From contig CM052816.1 in the NCBI GenBank assembly GCA_028534125.1, positions 67,272,001-67,336,000 on the forward strand: 64,000 nt of DNA, in the 5' to 3' direction. Of this stretch, positions 54,120-64,000 are shown in pieces. This stretch comes from Lama glama (Eukaryota). The position numbers were made by a program, and so were the translations under genes. Below the pieces are notes generated by a model. The model was not told the origin of the DNA and ran no database searches. It saw nothing but the letters and a program-made list of their open reading frames with translations. Position 1 is the first letter of the stretch. Every line of letters starts with the position of its first letter.

Positions 54120-54260
54120 AGCATTTTCAGAAACATTACTTTATTTAACTTTGCATTATCCTTGCAAAAACTCAGTGAGGCAAATATCATTATGGTAATT
54201 TTCCATAAGAAAACTGAGGCTCAAAGGATTGTAGTTCTATGTCCAAGTTCACACACCATT
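54120..54260 (-). mobile_element. MIR SINE fragment
   Basis: gtgaggcaaatatcattat...ataagaaaactgaggctcaaagg...gtccaagttcacac. Confidence 0.5.
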
Positions 54261-54282
54261 GTAAAGAGTCCCAATCTAGTTA

Positions 54283-54810
54283 TTGATAGAAACTGCCAGT
54301 TGTCCCCTACTATAGTCACTCTTTTTCATCATTGAGTAATAGAACTCTCAAATTCTGGCTAGGCATATGGCCACCTAGGAAAAAAGGTATTTCCCAGACT
54401 CCCCTATAGCTAGGTGGGACCAATCCATTGAATTTTGTCCAATGGCATTTAAGAAAAAAAGGCATATGCAGCTCCAGGAAGAACCTGTGAGAGGTACCAT
54501 GCAGTCTTTCACACCTTTCTTTGCACTACTAGCTAGATTATGGACATGATGGCAGGAGTGGAGGCAGCCATCTTGGACCATGAGGTAAACTTGGACATGG
54601 AGGTCCTGCATGGCAGAGCCACAATACAGAAGCAGCCCAGGTGCCTACAGTCTTTGTGTCATAAAGCATCCATACTACCCTGGACAGCCTATATCCTGAC
54701 ATACATATGAGAAAGAAATATGAGAGTGAGATGAAAGAGCAAACTCCTGTCTTATTTAAGCTATTGTTATTTTTATTTTACTACTACTTTAACTGAACCT
54801 AATTGTAAGT
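54283..54810 (+). mobile_element. MaLR LTR (MLT1I/J-like)
   Basis: tatttcccagactcccctatagctaggtggg...gatggcaggagtggaggcagccatcttggaccatgagg...cttatttaagctattgttattt...aactgaacctaat. Confidence 0.7.
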
Positions 54811-57289
54811 GGTGACTAAGCCCTAACTGATGGTTTTTTGACTCTTTCTCTACAATATGATGGACATAAATGATTAGAGAGAGAAATGATCTGAGGAGAG
54901 CAAGTGGCTTCCTTGCGAATGGCCAGCTGTGACGGAAAAAGCAGATGACTTCTGTTGGGCTTAACACAGTCATCTGACCAACTAATTTCCATAGAAACTC
55001 ATTTTGCTATCTTAGTCCTCTCTGGTAGAGAAGCAAGTATATTAACATCCTCCCTCTAAACTAAATTATCCAACCTCGTAAGCATTAACCTTCACTAAGT
55101 AACAATTCAGTGGAAAGGGTAATCATGTAGGTGAAAGTTACATCCTCTGATGTTACACTTGAAAGTTGTGTGACTCTCAAACACCAAAAGCCTACATTTG
55201 GTACCAAATCACGCATTAAGGACCACATCTGAGACCCGAGACACTGACAGCATGGTCCTTCCATACTCCGGGGCAGCCCTGTGAGGGACTCCCATTGTCT
55301 TCTACCCATAGTCTGGGCTGGGGGTCTGCCAGCCACATCCCCACAGGGCTGACCACCTGAGCAAAAACACATCACAGGCTTGAGTTGGAGAAGGCACCTC
55401 AAAAGCCATACTCTAAAGCACAGCCCATCTGGGACCAGGCTGCGGCAGCCTCCATACCAAGGAGCTGGGAGAAATTTGGCAAAGAGCTGAGAACTCCACG
55501 TGGGAAACATGGGAGGGAACAGACACTCTTCGCATAAGCCCTTTAAATCGTGGGATGCAGCAGTGGTACAACCAGCCACAGATTCTGCCCCCAAACCAAA
55601 GCTTCTGAAGGTGGGTGCTTGGCCAGAGCCAGAGCCCTTGTGGGTCCATCATGGCCCAGATGAGGAGCTGAGAGCTTGGAGGACATGCCTGCAGTCACAC
55701 AGGTTGTTAGAGGCAGTACTGGGCAGGACTCCAGGGCTCAGCATGCCCACTTCTACACTCCCCACATGGAAGAAGTAACATCCAAGCTAATGTGTTAAGT
55801 TAATCAGGTCAGCCTGGTGACAAGGGGAAGATGAAAGTTCCAGGGAGAAAGCGAAAGCAAGAAAGGGTAATCTCTCTTATAGTGATAAACCCCTACATCA
55901 ACATTTATTTATCATAGCTGGGCTGGATCAGTAAACTCCAAAACCTCCCCACATGACTCACTAATCACTGTTAACAAAACCATTTTTCTTTCTACCTGGG
56001 AATATGAACTTCAGTTAATCGTCTTTCTCTGTTCCCTGGTTAACCTGATAAAAATGGGGTCTACTTTGTGGCCAGGACACAGTAGATAAAAATGACTCCT
56101 GGTTGGTAAACTGCATCTGGACTGGGTGGAACTGTGAACGAACACGTGATGGACGTTGTTATAAGAGGTATGGCTCCTGTGGAACATGCGGCTTCTAAAT
56201 CAGGGCTGTTTCTATTTCCATGGGATGGGAGCTTAATTCTTTCCAGGTGAGGGGCCAAGAGAGTGCTTCCTGGAGCTCATGTGGGCTTTCTCAGTGCCCC
56301 TAAAGATGCATGACTGTGATTTCACCATTCTGAAATATCTAGAGTGAGGGCTACCCACATACTGGAGAATTCACTGAAAAATCTGGACTGGAAAGAGAAT
56401 TTTGATCCCCTCAGAAGAATGGGACTAGGCATCTGGCAACCAGTTGTATTCTTGCTAAGGAAAAAAGACTGTTCTGCTTTTTAAATTAAGACCCAAAAAC
56501 CCCCAAAAACCAGACGTGAAACTCTTTATGGATGACACAGAGATCAATTTAGATTAAAACTTCATATCAGATATTCTATATAGTGTTATGTTTTTATAAA
56601 TGTATTTTACATTTATTGATTTTTCTACACCATTTTATTCTAAGAATTTCGAGGGGTTAGATAATAAAAATATATTTTTAAATTCTGCATAAGATATAAG
56701 ACTAGAATTCCTTTTTACACAGTATCCCATTCCCTTATGCCTTGAAAATTGGGCCTTGGAAATCATGACTTTTCAATACCCCTTGCTGAAGATATAGAAT
56801 ATAGGTATAAATAAGTGCAGATACTGAAAGGAAAAGTTTAACCACTGAAGCATTGAGGTCGCCATGGGTTTCATAGCTTTGGAACAGTATCTATCGTTTT
56901 GTTCGCTCTGTTTGACAACATTTAGACAAAGTTTAAAAAGTCAAAAAATAGAAAAGAAAGGAAAACTAATAAAGGAAGGCAGAGAAAGACTTCAAATAAA
57001 GGAGAGATTCTCTAGTTTCAAGTTCTTTCTATCTGCATATTAACTTGAGCTATTCACTAGCACTTGTACTTTTGTCGTCTTGACTTCAATTCAAATATAT
57101 CATGTTAAGAATCTGTTTACTTGGCCAGAGACAAGATTTCATTAATCACCAAAGAGCAATAAAGAATTGCTGTGTTCAGTGAGGTCCAAACATACTGTCA
57201 TCATCACTGAGCTTAGCAACAGTCTAGACTATGTAACCACTTCTCATCAGAAACCCGTCAAAGAAACTCCTGAAAACAATGAATCTTTC

Positions 57290-57725
57290 ATATGGCTTCA
57301 ATCCCACCTCAGCACTCAACACCCTCACTCTCTCCACTCCAATTATTCATTTTATTTCAGTTCTTCAAATGCTCCAAGATTTTTCCCATGTCCAGGTCTT
57401 TGAATATGCTGTTGTTTCTCCTGGAAGAATCACCCATTCCTCACTTGACTCACTTGATCGGATCTTACATTGGTCTCATTTCCTTCAGGGGAGGCCATCC
57501 CAAGCCCCTCTCACAGGCTAGTTTAGGAGCCCCCAGAGCCCTTTGCAGCCCCCACAGGGCACTGCTGCATTAGTGATTCATCACTTAACATGGATAATTC
57601 CTGCTGGACCCCATGCTTCATGGAAGGAGGGACCATCTCTACTGTAACTGCCACCATCTGGAACATAGTACAATTCCTGGTACACAGGAATTAAGCACTT
57701 ATTGAATAAACAGATAAATTAATGA
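57290..57725 (+). mobile_element. L2 3' end
   Basis: ggtctttgaatatgctgttgtttctcctggaag...cttcatggaaggagggacc...cctggtacacagg...ttattgaataaacagataaattaatgaa. Confidence 0.55.
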
Positions 57726-58289
57726 AACAGATGTACAACTAAAGCATAATACAAGTTAGTACCAAATTAATACATAACAACCCTCCATGGGCTGATCGAG
57801 TCATGAGTCAGCTAGTGACAACAGGCACAAAAGGAGTCAAATCTTCACAGGTCCAAACACAAGGGAACTCAATTCCTGGACATCAAAATCAATTGTCAAT
57901 TCAGAAAGTTATGCCATTAAAGCCACAAAGAGAAGGTTGTTTTTTTTTTAAAGGCAACAAATGATCAGTCATAACTCAATTTAAGGAAAGGCCAAGAAGC
58001 TGTGCGTCAAACACTTGGGTTTGTTCTTGGTTCATTTCCAAAATGCCAAGTAGGAGGCTTGGCATGTTGAAGCAGAGACGATAGATTCAAAAGAGAAAAT
58101 GTGCATAAGTCCTGAATCAAAAATAAAGGCAAGCAAGTCAAGTCTTTGGAAAAGCAGTTTGCAGATAGACTAGAAGTACCAGTAATAAAAAGTGACCCTG
58201 AAACGGGAATATGATAAAGTCTGACTGGACTGAGCAGTCACATGCGTGCAACGTGATAAGCATTTCTGCAGGCAAGTCAAGTCCTCCAA

Positions 58290-58450
58290 ACCATCTTACA
58301 AGGTAGGCACTGTTAAATTTTCATTTTACAAATGAGGTAGCCAAGGTTTTAAATGGTTAAGTAATTTTCCCAAGGTCATACAGTTAATTAGTGTGAAACC
58401 CATACTCAAACTTAAGTTTTTGGAACCCAAACTCTTAAACTCACTATTCT
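58290..58450 (-). mobile_element. MIR SINE
   Basis: cattttacaaatgaggtagcc...ggttaagtaattttcccaaggtcatacagttaattagtg. Confidence 0.65.
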
Positions 58451-58585
58451 ACAAACTACCTTAACCGAAAACTCTGCACTTCATTCCAGCTAAATCTACA
58501 TCAGCATCTCTCCCTTCAGTGACATTTCCAATGCCCCACACAACTCTCCCAAGTGTTTTGGTGAAAATATTAAAGACTTAGGAGG

Positions 58586-58731
58586 AGGGGGCGGTATAGC
58601 TCAGTGATAGAATGCCTGCTTAGCATACACAAGGTTCAGGCTTTAATCCCCAGTACCTCCATTAAAGAATAAGCAAACAAACAAACAAACAAATAAATAA
58701 ACCTAATTACCTCCCCCCCAAAAAACAACAA
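58586..58731 (+). mobile_element. tRNA-Ala-derived SINE (camelid Vic-1-like)
   Basis: ggtatagctcagtgatagaatgcctgcttagcatacacaagg...aatccccagtacctccattaaa...aaacctaattacctcccccc + A-rich tail. Same family as 30541-30679. Confidence 0.85.
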
Positions 58732-59599
58732 AAAGACATATGTAAGTCCTTCTCTCCTGAGAAGCCACAGGGAGTCCTATTAAGAAATGGAGACAAGGCT
58801 CCACGAGAGAGGGGAACCAGGCAGCATGTTGCAACCTCCTATCAATGACAATATGATAGTGAAGTCCCACTTATACATACATTTTAATTCTGCATCTGTG
58901 TCATTGTGCATATATGTGCTTCCCCATGTGTATATGTCAAATGTGTGAGCCTGCATACTCAGGAGACTGTCTAGAGGCATTTACATCAAATTGTAAGAGT
59001 AGTGATTAATAGGAAGGGGAGAAGAATTAGAAGCAGGGATGAAAAGGAAAGATTCCTTTCTAGGCTGCATACTTCTATAATGCTTTAGCATGTTACAACA
59101 AGCCATTAGGTCATAAGTCATCAGGCCCATTTTCTGCTTGAAAAGAGAATTGTTTCACTGCAGCTCTGAAAGGCAGCTTTCTTCTCACCCATCTCAGAGG
59201 CCAGCATGGCCTCCTGATACTTTCCCAGTAGATACTGCCTTGCTTATTTCTGCTGGAGCTTAATGCAGTCTCAACCCTTTTTCCTTTCCTTTCCTCAGTG
59301 TACTAATACTTCTTTGAAAACAGAAATAGCCACTAAGATCATATTCAATCTGATCACAATAAAACAGTATTTCTTAATAGCTCCCAAAACACTTTAGGGC
59401 ACTATGGTCACTTTGACCACAAAAACTTCACTCACGCCAGACTGAGGGACCTTCTGCCTTCAAATGGGTGGCCTGCACCAGTGAGAACAATGGGTTCTCT
59501 CTAGTCCGTGAAGTTTTGGGCCAATTTACCTGTAGGTGAAATCCTGAAATAATCTTGAACTCATCTGTCCCCCTTATTTCCCAAATCACCAGGTTCTGT

Positions 59600-60200
59600 T
59601 TTCCCCCATTAACTGTTTTTCAAACACATGAATAACGTATGAATATGCTCATTATAGAAGTACAGAATCACAAAAAAGTGTATCAAGTAAAAAACGAAAG
59701 ACTCCTCCTTGACTTTTTCTCTGATTGTGGAGTTAACCCCTGGAATCCATTTGTGTGTATCTTTCCAAATATTTTCCGATACATTTATAACCGAAGCACA
59801 CAGTATTGCTCTGTGATTTGTGTTTTTCATTCCTTCATTCCCAGTATATTTCACATCTTTTTATGTCAACATATTCGGGTCTGCCTAATTACTTTAAGTG
59901 GCTCCATGGTATTCCATAGTGTGACGCATCCTAATTAACTTAGGATACTACTACCAAATTAATACTACACTAAGAAGTAATAAAATAAGCTAAAGTAATA
60001 TAACACTACTGTATGGTTGGAAATTCAGGACATTTCTACTTTTAAACTATTACAAATAACGCTGAACAGCCTAGCACACTATTTTCCTGCCCATTAAGTA
60101 TTTCCATGGAATAGTTCTTCAAAATAAAAGTCCTGCTTATTGTCAATTTTGGGATAACTATTACCAAACTGCCACTGAAAGATGTTCCTTATTGTTTAAT
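59600..60200 (-). mobile_element. Old L1 (L1M-type) 3' region
   Basis: catggtattccatagtgtgacgcatc...aactattacaaataacgctg...ttaccaaactgcc is typical of antisense old L1 3' ends. Confidence 0.5.
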
Positions 60201-61310
60201 TTTCTAGCTCTATGGTAATCTTTTATACCTGGTAGGCCAAGACATCCCTCATGGATCCTTAGTGTCGTTCTCATTCAGGCCAACTTTAAAATCAGGTTTT
60301 CAAGTTCTATTAAATTTTTTGGGAGACAAGAGAAGAATGAGGATATGATGAGTTTGGTTCCTCAGGTTTCCGCCGATCTGTGTCCCTCCCTGTGGGAGAA
60401 GTGGCCAGGGCTCTGGAAACACAGGACATCGGAGGGCCAACCTTGTCCTCCTCGTCCTCCTTGCCCACTGTCAGGCTGAGGGAAACCCGGCAGGCACCTC
60501 TCTGGGTCCCATCTGCCGGTCAGCTTCCTACTTTAAGCAGTGGGTACCTCGAGGGTTTCGGGGAGCAGCGAGAGTACCAGGACAGCTCATCTCAGAGAGA
60601 GTCAGGGCACCAGAGGGCAGGCCTGGGGCAGCCACACTGCACAGGGAGGGGAAGAGGCTCTGGGCAGACAGATCAGCCCGCCATCACCTGGCCTGCCCTC
60701 GCTGTCCCTGCAAGCCCGAGGGAGTCAGGTGACCGCTCCAAGCCACCCACAGGCTCCTCACTGACAGTAAGATTATTACCCTTGCTGTAAGGGTATTATA
60801 ATAAGAGCTATAGATCACACTTGTGAAGTGTCTAACACTGTGTCTGAAGTATGGTAGGGTAAAAAAAGAAAAAGAGGGAGAGAGGAAGGGGTTATTTTCA
60901 CTCATTTTCTAACAACTCTCTTGTGATTTTGCCTCTCTCTCCATTCCTCACCCCAACTCCACCATGAGAAAAAAGTTGGACCTGCTCTCAGTCACCACTT
61001 GGTGTGACTGTGCTTGAGGCCAGGGGCCAGACTTTCCTCAGAAATTACTGAGGACCAGAGGACCTGAGTTCTCATCTGCTCCCAGCCACAGCCACAGCGC
61101 CTAAACCCCTGACTGTCCGAAACTGTTCTCCTATAAGACTGTTTTCTTCATCTTCCTCCACCAGAATTCATTCACCAACTATTTAGAGAGCACTTGCTAA
61201 GTGCTGGGGGCCATGCTAAGCTGGGGGGTGTAGGAGAGGTCCAACCGACAGTCCCTGTGTTCAGGCAGCACATGCATCTGCCCCTCTGTTCCTCAGCACA
61301 AGCACTTTAA

Positions 61311-61805
61311 TGTGGCCACGATCCAGGACCTATTTTCAACATGCTTCCCTTTGCTCTCTACCACCACCCACGGCTGGCTCCTTCTGCCTCCCCTGCACAA
61401 TCCCCACTAAATAAAACTATAAAACAGCTCTGCTAGCAAGCATTGAGGACATAACCTTAAGAATCTTGTTCTCTAAATCACATGAGCATCAAGGATATAG
61501 CTCTGAGAAGCCTTGCTGTTTGAAATCATATCAGGAACTGCAAGGCCAAAATAAACTAGCTTTAACCTAAGACAGATGGAGAGCTGAGTGTGTTAAAGCA
61601 ATCCTGCTTTGGTCTAGGAGTCGGTCAGTATTCTTGTCACCACTTCTGTTAATCAGAATCATCTGTGCTTTCCTAGTAACATACATAAGCTCTGTTCAAG
61701 CACTGCTTGGGGATACTGTGTTCCTGAAGGCAGGGCTCGCTTGCCTGACAAGCTTAACAAATTGAGGTTTGTTTCTCAGAATTGGGGGCTGTTATCCCAT
61801 CAACA
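61311..61805 (+). mobile_element. Possible solo ERV LTR
   Basis: About 500 bp, TG...CA bounded (ends catcaaca), with a TATA-like acataag and a poly(A)-like aacaaa in LTR-like order. Family not recognised. Confidence 0.3.
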
Positions 61806-64000
61806 ATGCTTTTTCCCAGTGTTTCCATGGCCCGGAGTTCCTTGAGCACTGGGGCTAGTCCTCCAGGGCCGGCTGGCCAAGACCAGATAATAACTAGATG
61901 TGCCCCTAAGAAATATTTCAGGTGAGGGATGGTGACCCCAGAAAAAGGAATACAAAGAGGTTAGTAAAGCATCTCAACATTCCAGATGTAAACGTGAAAC
62001 AATACTGTTTCCAGTAACTGCTACCAACAACACTGTCAAGTCCTGATGGATCTCCTGCTGGCTCCTGAAATGATACTTCAGACTGATTCACAACTTCTCA
62101 GTTGCATACAGGCATGAAAATGGATTTATTTCCATTCTTTAAGACTCCATCCAATTCACTTCAAAATTTCAGTCTTGTCTTTGACACAAACCACGAGAGT
62201 TTAGAGTGAAGGGGCATGGTGTGTTCCTCAACTGGACTCAAAATCGTGGCATCAGGCTCTCTTTCCTACCTCTGTGGTCAAGAAAAACCTGATACCTGAA
62301 AAGCTGAATTCAAGATCTTTGTCTTGACCAGACAGATGTGCTTCTGGAGCATGTATGTGTCGTTGAGGGCAGGGAGAAAGGGAAGGAGAGAAAGATGTTG
62401 CATGCATTTCATTTTGCATGTATCAACTTTAATGTGAATATGATTTTAGGAATAACTCATGATTAACTGTAGATGTCGTAGAATTAACATTTCTGGATAA
62501 ATATAATGCCACTGACGACCATTTATGATGGCCCTGTACCACTTATGGGTATTTCCCGAGTGCCTGCTAGGCACAGCCCTAACATATCAGATCAATTCTG
62601 ATATAGTCTGTTTGATTCAACAAGGAAACTGTGTCCATGTATGCTGAGTATTCAATTATTCGTATCATTGTCTGCTTATGACATTCAACATATAAAGCAA
62701 ATAGAGTCCAACCCCATGTATAATTTAAGATTGAATTTATTTAGCAGGGCTAGAGGTACTTTAACATGGCATTTGTAACTGGGGAATTTGCAAGCAGGCC
62801 GCTCAGATTGTTCACTTAGAAGTAAAAAAACAACAATTAGAAGTGCTATTAGTACCAAAGAAGATAAAACTAACAGATTCAGAAGAGTGCACCCATGAGA
62901 AACATTTTTCAAAGAAAAGAAAGGATGGCTAAAAGAATGTGACCTGCACTTAACAAACAATCCAAAAAAGCCCTGCTCAAGAGACATTTAATAATAGAAT
63001 CTTTTTTATTTCTAAGGCATTACTCAATCCTGAGCTAAAAGTACACCTTGAATGATTCATTGACAACTATGAAAAAAAGGAATCTAGATTTGCAGAGAGA
63101 TGAGTAAGACAGATAGAATATGAATAGATACAGAAAAACATACACACACCGGGATGTTGGGAAAATAGTCTGGGGAGGCTGAAAGACAAACAAGACAGCC
63201 AGTCCCAGATCTATGTTTTCTGAAGAACTATGGGGAAAGGAGAGCTGTGAAGTGAAAGTCCCTGTCATGTAGGATATATTCAGCCCTGGCCCTTAGCACT
63301 CTCCAGCAGCAAGCTGGATCAGGGCAGAGCCAGCTAAAAATGTCAGGCCGCTGAATGCTTTCTTGCTTTAAGGCTTCTGTTGCCATAGGAACAGTCATCC
63401 TCCATTTTCTGAAAGGTGGTTAATAATTAGATTTAGGAGAAGGGAAATTCTATTTCAACCTTGAATTCAGCTCACTCCTTTCTCTGATACTGCCATTTTG
63501 GGTGTTATTATTGAAAATTCAGAATGTCTTGGGAATTAATATCCAGGAAAAGATTCAAGGTCTAGATGCCCAGAATCTATCCAGACCCCTTAGTATGAGT
63601 CTATGAGGTATGAATACAAAATCATGGTACATGTTTGAGTATAAGTGTGGGTTTCAGCAAACAAAGCAGAACTTGCATAAAGAAATTCATGCCATGTCCT
63701 GCTATCATTGTTCTAAACCTTTTCAGAACTCCTCCTTTGATAGTACATTCAGAGCCAGTTTAAAAGCCCTACTGGGAAATCTATATCAAAATGTTTTAGA
63801 TATATCTTGTGCAACAAATACATAATTTTATGTCAGTGATGAAAAGTCACTATGATTCCAGAGTGAGAAAGAATGAACTATTCTTGTTTAAACTAAATAG
63901 CAGAAGTAACGAATCATCCTTAAAAATTATGCCTATCTCATAATGCCCTAAGCCAGAGCACATTGTGACCCCAAATTATTGACCTTTGTGTTTGTAGGCT

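Overview
This is mammalian genomic DNA, most likely camelid. That assignment rests on recognition from memory of two tRNA-Ala-derived SINEs and the young L1 3' ends, not on a database search. The only supportable protein-coding gene is an intact, intronless 376-aa beta-actin-like protein 2 (ACTBL2, kappa-actin) at 13314-14444 (+), with candidate CCAAT/TATA/CArG elements upstream and a long AT-rich 3' region. The rest is intergenic and rich in repeats: MIR, L2, MaLR/ERVL LTRs, a decayed ERVL gag fragment interrupted by another LTR, MER20, old L1/HAL1-like pieces, several recent TSD-flanked L1 3' ends and SINEs, and microsatellites. I found no convincing novel multi-gene system. The observations most worth a second look are: a chimeric L1 in which a young 3' end is joined in register into an older L1; two tiny retro-insertions that add AATAAA signals to the probable ACTBL2 3' UTR; a Phe->Leu change in the actin hydrophobic plug; and a strong + strand bias among recent retro-insertions. 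Boundaries and subfamily names of old repeats are approximate, by-eye calls.
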